This document shows positions 40,111 to 53,239 of a DNA stretch of 64,000 bases, in pieces. This DNA comes from Octopus sinensis (Eukaryota), in NCBI RefSeq assembly GCF_006345805.1, contig NC_043011.1, positions 14,520,464 through 14,584,463 on the forward strand, read 5' to 3'. Numbering within the stretch: position 1 is the stretch's first letter; the number at the start of each line of letters is the position of its first letter. Below the pieces are notes generated by a model, which saw only the letters and a program-made list of their open reading frames with translations, was not told the DNA's origin and did no database searches. The position numbers and the translations under genes are program-made.

Positions 40111-40838
40111 CGGCGATATTTTATTTATATTGGTGATAAAAGTCCCAATAGCAGGCATCAACAAATCCGTGGTATTGTGGCCATGCTTGTTGATCTCATT
40201 CTCAACGACTCTCCAGACATGGAGCTAATTGCCAATGTTGGAGACGATTGACAATGCCTCTAAGTGACTTGCTAGGATTCTCGTTAACAATGTTGTACAA
40301 ACTAGACTTTCCTGACAACGTCGAGAATGCTTTTTCCTGTTTGGTCGCAGAAAACATTTTTGCAAGAAGGACCTGACAACATTTGAACAGGTGGCAATCT
40401 TAGAATCACTGTGGTTGGCGGCTAGGATGACAAGAACGGTATGCCGTTCCATCGTCTGCCTTAGACTCGAAGCTTCCAATGTTGGGACTGAAAAAACATA
40501 AAGATATTTAGTTAAACTTTGTGCCGTTTATAGTCTTTAAATGTTTTGTCCTCAATAGCTGATGCACTCTCTATGTGTGCGTGTATGTGTGTGTATAGAT
40601 ATTTATCTATAGATAAATACATAAATACACACACACACACACACACACACACAGATATATATACATACACACACACACAGATATATATACATACACACAC
40701 ACATGTATTGTATGTGGTATAAGTCATATGAGGTCTCTTATTGTCCAGACTGACTCATCCGAAGAAGTGGTTGCACGCTTCGGCAACCCCAGATTTTCTA
40801 AACTGAGCTAAAAAAAAACTACTGCATTCTAGGTTTGT

Positions 40839-40880
<42 letters not shown>

Positions 40881-40887
40881 CACACAC

Positions 40888-40931
<44 letters not shown>

Positions 40932-41689
40932 ACAGACACACACACACAGAGATAAATATACATAAGTGTATTATATATATACCACTAGCCAATTTTTCTA
41001 AAGAATATTGAATATAAATATGGAACCTTTTTTTATCATTACATGCTAATATGCATAACTATCTGTTCGCCTGTGCAGTAAATTATATTATATATTATTT
41101 TTATATCAACCGATTTAATTTGTTCCTATTTTTGAACGTGGTTATTTTTTTACTTTTTATGTTTCCATAGTTTCCTCGTAGCATCATCCTTGTGCATATC
41201 TTTAAAACCAATAACCTAAAATTCTCCCTTCGACGTTTCGCACATCTCTCAATAAATATATTTTCTGAAGATACCTTTTCTTCTATCAATAACTGTTTAT
41301 GCTACATTCCAGCAACTAGCTTTTGTTCGAATCTTACTTCAGTATTAATATTCTCAACCAACATATATCTTTAATTTGATAATGATAAGAGTATATTTAA
41401 TTTAATAATTTAATAATAATTAAAAATTGGTTTTAGTGACAAGTACATTTCACACACATTTAGTTAGATTGAAATCATTATATATATGACACAGAATTTT
41501 TTAAATTATAAGTTTTATGTTCTTCCCTGGACAATTCGGAGATTAGATTTTTGGAATGATCTACAGGTTTTAGATGGTTTATATTGTTTGTATGGTTTTT
41601 CTTTTAAAAAATCGCAAAAATCGTTGTAGAAGGATTAACATATTGAATTCTAGGTTGTTTAGTTTTAATATAGCGGCTTATACGGGTTA

Positions 41690-41921
<232 letters not shown>

Positions 41922-41959
41922 ATAAATGTAGGTCGTATAGGAGTGGGTATATATTTTAA

Positions 41960-42053
41960 AAAAGAAGTTTGAAAACGCCACTATATAAGATAAATTTTAA
42001 CTTCTTAAAAAATAAAAATTTATCTTATATAGTGGCGTTTTCAAACTTCTTTT
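41960..42053. repeat. Perfect inverted repeat, 39-bp arms, 16-bp spacer
   Basis: 41960-41998 is the exact reverse complement of 42015-42053. Confidence 0.95.
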
Positions 42054-42081
42054 ATATATTATATATCAAACTATATATATA

Positions 42082-42673
42082 TATCAAACTAAAGTTACTG
42101 AACAAGCAAATGCAAGGTCATCCGCATATCATTTCATAATTCGAACATTTAATCATAGAATATACATATAAACATCCCACAAGATGGAACATAATTCATT
42201 TGTACAAGCATACAACCATATAATAATAATAAGGTGCGACAAAAAAAATTTTTCATCACAGTTTAGAGTTTAATACTTTAGCGATTCAGGAAAATACATT
42301 TTTAAAAAAAATACCTAGAAAGTAAAAATATAATATAAAGTAATATATAAAAATATATAGGTATATATATGTATATATATATATATTTTATATATTTTTA
42401 TATACCTATATATTTTTATTTATTACTTTATATTATATTTTTACTTTCTAGGTTTAAAAAATTTTTTTCTGAATCGCTAAAGTATTAACTCTAAACTGTG
42501 ATGAAAAAATTTTTTCTCGCACCTTATTATTATTATATGCTTGTATGCTTGTACAGATGAATTATGTTCCATCTTGTGGGATGTTTATATGTATATTCTA
42601 TGATTAAATGTTCGAATTATGAAATGATATGCGGATGACCTTGCATTTGTTTGTTCAGTAACTTTAGTTGATA
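42082..42673. repeat. Long fold-back palindrome, ~280-bp arms around a ~30-bp AT-rich spacer
   Basis: 42082-42367 is the reverse complement of about 42399-42673 with scattered substitutions and small indels. Confidence 0.95.
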
Positions 42674-42761
42674 TTTTGTCTCTTTCAATAGAGCACTTCT
42701 ATAGCAGTCCTATTAATCTTTTTGTTCCTGACAAGAAACAATCACTGTATTATTGATATTG

Positions 42762-42817
<56 letters not shown>

Positions 42818-43557
42818 CGTTATCCACTAAAAACATTTTGTTATATATCAATTATTTATTGTTTCTAGTATTCATTAACTCCAAATGCTTATACATCAAA
42901 ATTTTTACTTACATTTTGTTTAATTACATCGACTGCTGCTTATAGAAAGGTTATGAAACTTAAAATATTTCAACTAAAATTAGCTATCAATTATGTTATA
43001 ATTTAGCAATAAATTTACCGTAATATTTTATAATTACTCATAATTTGGTTTAAGAGCTATTGATTTAATTTCCTTTACTTTCAATCGAAATAATATTAAC
43101 CTAATTCAGATTTATCTACGTTTCAGTAAAAGAAAATGAAATATTTACCTAAACCACTTATCTCCTCTTGTCTGATTACTTGGACTTGATATTAAATCAA
43201 CTTACTCGATCGCGTGTGCTAGATTAAATATTCCTATTGCCACAGATATAAATTAAAATCAAATATTTAGCTTGTATATATTTATAATTTAACTTCAATA
43301 TTTACTATAATACAGATTACAGAGTTAATACAGATTGTTGAGTTATAAAAAATGGTGAGTTTTCATCGTGTCAATAGTTTGAATTCATTATTCATTTCAT
43401 AGGTTTTATGATTAAATTTAACAATTACAAAATTTATTGATATTAAATTTACAATGCCACTGTATTCGTTTCGAACGGAAACATTGATTTTCCAAATCAG
43501 CATTTTTAAATGTACTGTATATACAATCTAATATATATACATACATACATACATACA

Positions 43558-43593
<36 letters not shown>

Positions 43594-43614
43594 TATAGCC
43601 TGTGTCTTCCTCTA

Positions 43615-43650
<36 letters not shown>

Positions 43651-43699
43651 CCACTCCTCCTCACTTTAGTCACTGCTAATCCTTTCGCCTGTTGCATTC

Positions 43700-44315
43700 A
43701 GGCCCTAAGGTCATGTTTCCCAGCGTTCGCCAGTTACCTTCTCGTCCCCGCCAGAACAAAGGCCTTCGTTCGTCTTTTTCGTTTGTTCTCTTGTTTATTT
43801 TGATTTCTCGTATTGTAATTTAATTCTCGTTTTGTATTTTCTTGTACATGTATCTTTAATTTTGTATTTTTTTCTTGTTTTTTTGTGCAGTTCTTTGTTA
43901 CGTCCCTTTTTGTGTTACATTTTTTCTTGCTCGTTTTACCTCTCTACGAGGTTATTTTATTTTAATTCTCTCGTAGGAAGGCCTAGCATGGCCAAACGTG
44001 TCCTGTCTTGCCTTCGAAACACGCTATGTCTGCTAGCGACAGTTGATGAAGGGGATTTTTCCTTGTGCAGCATGTCCTGTACTTCGTTTTTCTGCTGTAC
44101 CTAATTGTTTTTCCCGTTTTCGTTTTCGTCTTGTTCCACGTCTCTGTTCTACTGTTGTAACAAAATGGCTTTTCCGTTTTCGTTTCTGTTGATTTTTACG
44201 TCTTCTTGTGGTGTCCTGTACGTATATATATTTATATATGCATGTATATATACATGTAGATGTCGGTACGTACATATATGTTTGTATGTATGCATATATT
44301 TTATTTATTACACTA

Positions 44316-44330
<15 letters not shown>
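43700..44330 (+). mobile_element. TA-associated repeat, probable Penelope-like terminal region relic
   Basis: Homologous (inverted) to 18120-18355; contains a degenerate GGCC-loop-GGCC-AAAC-GTG-TC hammerhead-like remnant near 43970-44002. Confidence 0.5.
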
Positions 44331-44389
<59 letters not shown>

Positions 44390-44454
44390 CTGACGAGTTA
44401 GGTTTCTGTGGTGAGCCTACGAAACTTTAAGTTGCATAGGGCCGAATCAAAGTG

Positions 44455-44815
44455 TTTTCGGGTTCAGCTCCCCTGCGTGGCATCTTGGGCTAGTGTTTTT
44501 CTACTATAGCCTTGGACCGGCCAAAGCCACGTGAGCGGATTTGGTAGACGGAAACTGAAAGAAACCCGTAGTATATATATAAGCGTGCGCGAGTGTATGT
44601 GTGACTGTGTATTTGTCTTTGCTTCTGTGTTTGTTCCCCACCCACCGTTTGATAACCAGTGTTGGTTTGGTTGCTTCTTCGTAACTTAGCAGTTCGGCAA
44701 AAAATATCTGTAGAATAAGTACCAGCCTTAAAAGAGGTATTGGCTTCATTAATTCGACTAAAGATTCTTGAAGGCTGTGCCCCAGCATGGCCGCAGTCTA
44801 ATGACTGAAAGGAAT
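44455..44815 (+). mobile_element. SINE family B, diverged
   Basis: GGTTCAGCTCCCCTGCGTGGCA.CTTGGG head and CCCAGCATGGCCGCAGTC.AATGACTGAAA tail. Confidence 0.85.
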
Positions 44816-45295
44816 AGAGGAAAATATATATATATTCGTCTGACATATATTCGAGTGAATTTTTTCTTTCAGTTTTATCTATATAAATTTTATTCACCTG
44901 TATTTTATTTCTCTGCTTCATTGCTCCGTATTTTGTTTGCGAAAGTTTCCCATTTGTGACATTTCTCTTATTCATCTGAGTGTCAATGCGGTGGATGACG
45001 TTGGTTCATGCAGTATCAATGATCTATGTATCACAGACGCGAGAGTCATTGCCCTTTAAGGTCATGGTTCTATGTGACATTTGCTGCTGGTTAATTGTCC
45101 CTATTTTATTGCTCTACGTTTTGATAATCTACATTTTGGGAAGCTGCTCTGAGTCATAGATCTAAATGTCATCGATGAAAGTGTCTTTATTTCCCGTGTG
45201 ATTGCTCCAAGCATCTGTCATTGTTCTAAGTTTCATTCTCTCAGGTTCATCTTTGTAAATACCATTTGTCCATATGCCATTAACTGAAGAGCTAC

Positions 45296-45536
45296 TCTTT
45301 TACTCTTTTACTTGTTTCAGTCATTTGACTGCGGCCATGCTGGAGCACCGCCTTTTTAGTCGAGACAATCGACACCAGGACTTATTCTTTCTAAGCCTAG
45401 TACTTATTCTATCGGGTCTTTTGCCGAACCGCTAAGCGACGGGGACATAAACACACCAACATCGGTTGTCAAGCGATGTTGGGGGGACAAACACAGACAC
45501 ACAAACACACATATACACACACACACACGCACACGC

Positions 45537-45569
<33 letters not shown>

Positions 45570-45753
45570 CACATATATATACATATATACGATGGGCTTC
45601 TTTCAGTTTCCGTCTACCAAATCCACTCACAAGGCTTTGGTCGGCCCGAGACTATAGTAGAAGAAGACTTGCCCAAGGTGCCACGCAGTGGGACTGAACC
45701 CGGAGCCATGTGGTTGGTAAGCAAGCTACTTACTACACAGCCACTCCTGCGCC
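45296..45753 (-). mobile_element. SINE family B, full length
   Basis: Complete head, internal CA/TA tract and GTAAAAGAGTAAAAGAGTA tail on the minus strand. Confidence 0.93.
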
Positions 45754-46063
45754 TTTTCAACAGGTACTGTTGAAAATTTCCTTGATATAATTTGTCCTTG
45801 ATGTAAATATTGCTATCCTCATTGCCGTGGTTGCTTTAGGTGCTATTTTCTAAAATGCTATCGATCTCCGTGTTAATATTACAAGTGTCATTGTTTGAAC
45901 ATAGCTGTTCTTATGACATTGCTCTACCTATTATTGTCTATGTGCCATCGATTGTTTCGCATTGTTAGTACTCTACGTATTATCAATTTAAGAGCAAACT
46001 ATCAATACGCCTTCGTTCAGTCATTGAGCTATGCAGCGTTAATCAGAGTATCACTACTTTAAA

Positions 46064-46460
46064 TCTTTATATATAAAAGTGAGGTTGTGTGCTGTCTGTC
46101 TCCTACGATTTAGATTCCTAACTACTCCCACATTTTGCGGTGCAGTTTAACCAAAACCGGGTATCTTATAGTCGGGATTCATATCGAGCTCTTCTGAGTA
46201 TTAGCGCGCGTCTACGATGAGTCTACGATTTAAAAAAAAAATTACTATCAATTTTTCCCATTTTTAATGCATTTTTGGCATATATAAGGGAAGTAACTCT
46301 CTAAAAATTTGTTATTAAATCTCAGAACGTAAAAAGCTACAGTAACACCCCCCCCTTTGTGGTTAGCCATATTGAGATGGTTATTATACTTTACATCTCT
46401 AAAAATGCTTATATAGTTATTTCCCTTACAAACCCGAGCAACGCCGGGCGATACTGCTAG
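46064..46460 (+). mobile_element. Non-autonomous Helitron, complete, 397 bp
   Basis: A|TC 5' end (TCTTTATATATAAA), subterminal hairpin CCCGAGCAACGCCGGG at 46433-46448, CTAG|T 3' end, no TSD. Confidence 0.88.
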
Positions 46461-46976
46461 TATTATATATTCTATATGTTACTGCTCTATGCGTCACTGT
46501 AACAAGCTTTATTGTTGTATTTGTTCGTCCAGTGAGTCATTGGGGGGGGGGTGATTAATTTCTCAAGTTAACCCCAATGAAAGACACTGTTCTGTGTTAT
46601 TGCTATAAATATCGCTGTTGTGTGACTGCTCAAAGTGGCATTGCTCTACGTGTTTTTGTTTTAAAATGTCATTGTTCTACGCGCCACTCCTACGTCATTG
46701 GTCTAGGTGTCATTACACCAAAAGTCATTGTTCTATGCTAACACACCAAATGCTAGTGTTGCATTGTAAGTGTCATGGCCTGAAGTGCATTGATCTAATT
46801 ATCATTGCACCATTAACCATTACTTTATGTGTTAATTAGCTATGCCTCAGTGTTCACTATTTTACCTTAAATATAACTGCTCCAACTATCATCACCCCAG
46901 ATACCAGAATTCTCTGTCCCACTGTTAAGGTTGTGATTGCTCCACGCTTGATTGCCGTACGATATCATTGTTCTAC

Positions 46977-47397
46977 ATAAGGCGGCAAGCTGGCAGAATC
47001 GTTAGCACGCAGCGCGAAATGCTTAGCGGTATTTCGTCTGCCGTTACGTTGTGAGTTCAAATTCCGCCGAGGTCGACTTTGCCTTTCATCCTTTCGGGGT
47101 CGATAAATTAAGTACCAAATACGCACTGAGGTCGATATAATCGACTTAATCCGTTTGTCTGTCCTTGTTTGTCCTCTCTGTGTTTAGCCCCTTGTGGGTA
47201 GTAAAGAAATAGGTATTTCGTCTGCCGTTACGTTGTGAGTTCAAATTCCGCCGAGGTCGACTTTGCCTTTCATCCTTTCGGGGTCAATAAATTAAGTACC
47301 AGTTACGCACTGGGGTCGATATAATCGACTTAATACCTATGCCTGTCCTTGTTTGTCCCCTCTGTGTTTAGCCCCTTGTGGGTAATAAAGAAATAGG
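46977..47397 (+). mobile_element. SINE family A partial dimer with 14-bp TSD
   Basis: A full monomer is joined at GGTAT (47212-47216) to a second monomer lacking its 5' part; TATCATTGTTCTAC at 46963-46976 and 47398-47411. Confidence 0.92.
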
Positions 47398-48899
47398 TAT
47401 CATTGTTCTACGTGCACTGCTTTAAGTGTTTTCGGTTTATGTCCTACTGACCTATGCGTCATTGGTCCATGTGCCATTATTCTGTTTGTATTGGTCCATT
47501 CATCAGTGGTCTATACGCTGCTGGTCTCTGTCTATATGTCATTGACCTGAGTTTAATCGTTCTAAGTATCATTGTTTTCCGTGTCATTTTCTACGTACCG
47601 TTATTCTGAGCGTACCGTTGTCATTTCATTACTTTACGAGTGTTATCACTGCAGTATGTGTCATTATTGTAGTGTGCTATCAGTTTGTCGTTACTTTAAT
47701 ATCTTCATTTTAAATGTGTTTTGTAATCCTCATTGTTTTGTGTCTTATCACTCTGTTACTGTTGTATGTTATTACACGTTATTTATCTAACTGTCATTGC
47801 TTATAGTTTCATTGTTGAGAGGGTCACTACTCTTTGTGTTATTAGTTTGTCATTACTTACTGGGGGTTATTGCCTTAAATGACATTCCTTCTTCAGAGCT
47901 CTATCATTCTTCTTAGTGTCATTGCACTCTGTGTCATTGATTTGAATGACGTTTTCTCATTGCTATTTTCTTCCATTGCTTCAAATTCTCTTTTCCTTTC
48001 ACTCAGAAGAAACAAAGGAAATTCTTTTATAAATCATGTATCACTGTGAGGAAATAGCAAGTTTGAAGTCAGACTATGGATTCACGCAAGGAATGACACG
48101 CATACGCATAGATAAGAGTGAACTTACAGATATAAAGTCATGACTACCAACTTTATTTCTCTTGAATTCTAATGAAAGTCTTATATCTGAATTGAAAATT
48201 GTTCTATCTTGCCATTAAACAGGTCGCTTGTCAAAATAAACTCTAATAAGGAAGATACATGCATAGTATGAATAACTCTGGAATATAAATTCACGATTCA
48301 GATGAGTAAAACTCCAGCATTGAAAATGTATTACTCTGAACCAGGTTCTATATAGAGAGATGACGAACGAAAAAACATTGTTATACAAAAGGGCCCTATT
48401 GCTAGAAAGAGTTGAAATCATTCTAGGCTAAGATCTGGAACGAAAGTAAGGACTTTAATCAGAATGCTACATTGGTAATACAATGACTTGAGAATACTGA
48501 AACAACATCAGCAGTAAAAGTTAGACAACCAATGTCGAAACTTTTACTAATTCTGCAGGAAGCTACCTAATTAGAAGGCACCAGAAAGATAACTCATAAT
48601 TGGTTACTAGTACACGGCGTTGACATTTTATAGAAAGTCACTTACATACGTTAAAAGAAAAACCAGCTGTATAAGGTCTGATAGACATACGGAACTTGCT
48701 ATTGCACAAGCAAACTTTGTGGTTTAGAGCTGATTCGAAGACTACAGATCCAAGCCATCACTGAAACTGTAAAAATCTGTAAAACTTTCCAGAAGTTTAT
48801 CATTTAAGTATGTATGAGCATGTCTAAATATGCAGCTATATGCATGAGAATACATACATAAAACAAAACATACGAATCTCCACGTATACATACATACAT

Positions 48900-49255
48900 A
48901 CATTATGTTATTATGGCTGCCCCCTCGCTATCGAGTATGGCCATTGCACGAGGCTTAACTGTTACTGGTTCTGTGATCGAATGTGAGTTTTTAGCCCAGC
49001 CAAAGATCTACAATGTCTTGTACAGAATTGGCAACTAAAAACTTTACCGGTAATAGCCGGCTGTAGTTGTAACTGGGCTTCATGTACCTTTGCATGTCGT
49101 TTAAGTCCTCCTGCCGAATTACACTCTCTTCCACATGCCTGACAGATATGATTAGTATGGTGTGTTACACCACCACCAGTGGCCAGGTTGTCACTCAGCT
49201 GTCTCGCTTTATGACTACGAAGATGACTCTTGAGTCCAGCTTTATGTATGTCCAA
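48900..49255 (-). mobile_element. 3' end of an RTE-like LINE with tandem C-terminal C2H2 zinc fingers
   Basis: KAGLKSHLRSH, CQACGRECNSAGGLKRHAKVH and CQFCTRHCRSLAGLKTHIRSQ, then a stop, a short 3' UTR CCATACTCGATAGCGAGGGGCAGCC and a simple-repeat tail. Confidence 0.65.
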
Positions 49256-49719
49256 GGGACTCAAGCTGGACATACATACATACGTACATACAGACATAAA
49301 TACAAAAGTTCCCTTTTTACACACACACACGCTCAGACAAATACACATGACGTGCTTCTTTGGTCGACCAAATCCACTCGTGTACTAAAAGAACATATGT
49401 ACTTATTATACGAGTGCAATTATATGCATATACCTACGTATATGCACACACGCACTCACATATTCACTTATCCCTGGAAATATTTAGACTTAAACAAAAA
49501 TGCCAAGTCAGTTTGTTATTGATGGGTTTGATATCTGCAAAGAAAATATATCTCAAAGAAAAACTTACATACATTTATTGACGTTTATGTAATTCATTCT
49601 CATAATATATATATATATATATATATATACTATATAATTAGGGTAATACTATATAATTAAGTAATACTAATTACTAATTACTTCTTAATTAATTAATTTC
49701 ACCCTTTGTTATTATTTAT

Positions 49720-50085
49720 ATATATAGGCATTTTTTCCAAATACGCCAGCTAAACTTGTACTGTTTATTAGTCGTAAGACACCCGCTGTTTTTGTCCTGT
49801 TTTTACCATTATTGTTTTTTGTATTTTATATTCGTGTGGCATCGTCCGTTTTTCTGTCCCTGTTTCGTATACATTCGATCCTTCTTCCAAGAAATCTAAT
49901 GCTCGTGGCTTAGTTTTTCCTTGGGGCTGGCCGGATCGGAGCGATCTCAAGATTAATCAGCCGAAATTGCAAGGATGATCCGGTTCTTGACTGAAGATTG
50001 AAAGCTTCGAATGTCCCATCCGTGTTTTTTGTATCGACTTCTAAATGTTTTACGTTCTTGTCCCAGTTTGTATTTTTCTACACGT
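49720..50085. mobile_element. TA-flanked interspersed repeat relic, possibly Penelope-like
   Basis: Unique-looking block bounded by (TA)n on both sides like the other PLE relics; no diagnostic motif intact. Confidence 0.35.
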
Positions 50086-50092
50086 ATTATAT

Positions 50093-50150
<58 letters not shown>

Positions 50151-50151
<1 letters not shown>

Positions 50152-50558
50152 TTTATTGCCCACAAGGGGCTAAACATAGAGGGGCAAACAAGGACAGACA
50201 AGGGATTAAGTTGATTACATCGACACCAGTGCGAAACTGGTACTTTAGTTTATCGACCCCGAAAGGATGAAAGGCAAAGTCGACCTCGGCGGAATTTGAA
50301 CTTACAACGTAACGGCAGACGAAATACCTATTTCTTTATTACCCACAAGGGGCTAAACATAGAGGGGCAAACAAGGACAGACAAGGGATTAAGTTGATTA
50401 CATCGACACCAGTGCGTAACTGGTACTTTAGTTTATCGACCCCGAAAGGATGAAAGGCAAAGTCGACCTCGGCGGAATTTGAACTCAGAACGTAACGGCA
50501 GACGAAATACCACTAAACATTTCGCCCAGCGTGCTAACGATTTTGCCAACTCGCCACC
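50151..50558 (-). mobile_element. SINE family A partial dimer, same junction as 46977-47397
   Basis: Plus strand reads GCAGACGAAATACC|TATTTCTTT at about 50324-50328, the reverse complement of the 47212 junction. Confidence 0.92.
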
Positions 50559-50767
50559 TTCATTTTCATAATATATACATATGTTTGCATATATACACAT
50601 ATCCATATTTACATTCTCATGCACCTAGAAAATAGTAAGAATGAAAACTGTGAATGTGGGAGTGGAAGACGGAAGAAGCCGAGATAATTAATAAGATTAT
50701 AAGGATACAATTTACTTATATCTTTAGTCTTTAGTCCTAATTCCCTTGATTGAACACATATGATCAA

Positions 50768-51000
50768 AGGCGGCGAGCTAGCAGAAACGTTAGCACGCCG
50801 GGCGAAATGCTTAGCAGTATTTCGTCTGCCGTTACGTTGTGAGTTCAAATTCCGCCGAGATCGACTTTACCTTTCATCCTTTCGGCGTCGATAAATTAAG
50901 TACCAGTTACGCAATGGGGTCGATGTAATCGACTTAATACCTATGTCTGTCCTTGTTTGTCCCCTCTATGTTTAGCCCCTTGTGGGTAATAAAGAAATAG
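50768..51000 (+). mobile_element. SINE family A, full length
   Basis: GGCGGCGAGCTAGCAGAAACG...AAAGAAATAG. Confidence 0.93.
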
Positions 51001-51593
51001 CTATATTCTTGAACAACCCAGATGATGTTTTAAGCATAGTCTACTAAATGAGCTCATATGTACTTCCTTTTTTAAGATGGTAAATTATGATTTGAGGGGT
51101 ATTTGGTTGCTATTTCTGGTGACCACATAGAGTCTTATTTCTGGGCTCTGCACTTTATGGTGTAGAAACGAGTCGCTTGGCTGGTTTCTTATTATGGAAA
51201 AAAAATCTCTGTTTTCTCTGCGTGAAGTAAGAACGGAAGCGAACCAACAGAGCGTAAATAACAACCCTGACACTGGAGTATTAATTTACAAGTATTAGAT
51301 ACAGTGCAGACTTCTCTTTTTGCTAAATAATCACAGCGTTCACCTGTTTTTCCTATGATGGTTGTCTATACCTGAAATAGAATTCCTCGCTACGGATGTG
51401 ATGTCTTTCTGTTCTATTATAATAACGTCTATGTATGAAAATAGTTTTTAGAAGGAAAATAACGAATGTTTTGTCGATAATTGTAAGTGATCTGATGGTT
51501 GTGGGAGGCAGACGTGCGTTGTGGTAGATTTTTGAAATGTGGAAGGGTGAGAGAAAGACTAAATGTGTGTCTCTGCGTGCGCGTATGTGAAAG

Positions 51594-52013
51594 GAAGAAG
51601 AAGAAGAAGAAGAAGAAGAAGAAGAAGAAGAAGAAGAGAGAGAGAGAGAGAGAAATAGAAAGAAATAAAGATAGAGAAAGAAAGAGAGAACAAGCTAGAA
51701 ATAACCGTGAACAGCGGGAGAAGATATTTAAAAATACATTTAAAGATGATTAATGAAATTGTATACATTTTTTTCCATTACGCAAACACATATGTATGTT
51801 TGTATGTATGTATGTATGTATGTATGTATGTATTTATGTATGTATGTATGTATTTATGCATGTATGTATGTATGTGTGTATGTATGTATGTATGTATGTA
51901 TGTATTTATGTATGTATGTATGTATGTATGTATGTATGTATGTATGTATGTATGTATGTATTTATGTATGTATGTATGTATGTATGTTTAGGTATATGTA
52001 TATTTATGTACAG

Positions 52014-52060
<47 letters not shown>
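51594..52060 (+). repeat. (GAA)n/(GA)n and (TATG)n/(TA)n microsatellites
   Basis: Direct reading. Confidence 0.93.
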
Positions 52061-52063
<3 letters not shown>

Positions 52064-53008
52064 GCACACATCAAATACATATATATACACAGTGCACTGA
52101 TATTAAGTATTTTATGAAGTTTCATTCGTTTTTTATTTTCACATTTTTTTGTCTCTATTCAGTAACTCTGCGAGAACAATTACGAAATTTTGAAAGAGAA
52201 GATGAAAATGAAAAAACAGAAAATGGTAATTTAAAAAAAAACAGAAATTTAAAATGATTTGAAATGATCTTTAAAATAAAAAAAAAATCTTGTTTTCTCT
52301 TTCCATTTTTCTTGTAAGAAGAACCACAATATTATCGACGAGATAGTTTTTGCCGCTATTTAATTCTGATGCTATGATCAAATGATTTGACAAATTTCAG
52401 ATAAATTGTATCGATTGTTTGAAAAAATATGTTCCGTTTGATTTTTATATTCAGAGATATTGTTCTGTGATTGTGTCTGAACAAGATGAAAACTGATATC
52501 GTTTAGTTTTTTATATTTTATTTAATTCCATTTTATTCTATTTTGAAGAAGTGTGATGCGATAATTTGAGCTGATAACTAGGCGACACATATATTAAAAA
52601 AAGAAAAACACAAAACCCCCACAAAAACAAGTGACCAAAAAAGCAAAAAAAAAAAACAAGACAGAGGCGCACATTCACAGAAATACATACTTTCATACAT
52701 ACATAGATACACACACACATACTTGTATGCATACATGCAAACATTATACATATACATATATATAATATATATATAGTACGTACACACACACACACACACA
52801 CACATATACATATATATCTGTATATGTTTTGGGCCATGTTGTTTACGTATTGGTGTGTCGATATGGCCGTGAAAGCGCCAAAGACAGTCCTTACTCCCAG
52901 CATACTCACGGTCCAATGATTGAGAGTAAAAGAAGGAAGAATGAGAACAATATACATGTTTACGTATTTGTTTTGCAAAAGATGGGAAATCGTGTGTTGA
53001 TACAGACA

Positions 53009-53239
53009 AGGCGGCGAGCTGGCAGAAACGTTAGCACGCCGGGCAAAATGCGTAGCCGTATTTCGTCTGCCGTTACGTTCTGAGTTCAAATTCCACCGAG
53101 ATCGACTTTACCTTTCATCCCTTCGGGGTCGATAAATTAAGTACCAGTTACGCACTGGGTCGATGTAATCGACTTAATCCGTTTGTCTGTCCTTGTTTGT
53201 CACTTCTGTGTTTAGCCCCTTGTGGGTAATAAAGAAAGA
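53009..53239 (+). mobile_element. SINE family A, full length with 10-bp TSD
   Basis: GATACAGACA at 52999-53008 and 53240-53249. Confidence 0.94.

Larger units (their letters stand above)
44990..47945 (+). repeat. Cryptic, highly degenerate ~15-bp minisatellite (GTCATTGYTCTAYGT-like) interrupted by three insertions
   Basis: Motif recurs dozens of times, e.g. 45217, 46668, 46694, 46709, 46724 and 47458. Confidence 0.7.

Noticed and set aside
40180-40490. ORF 40225-40479, possible old LINE C-terminus
   Set aside because: No diagnostic motif survives.
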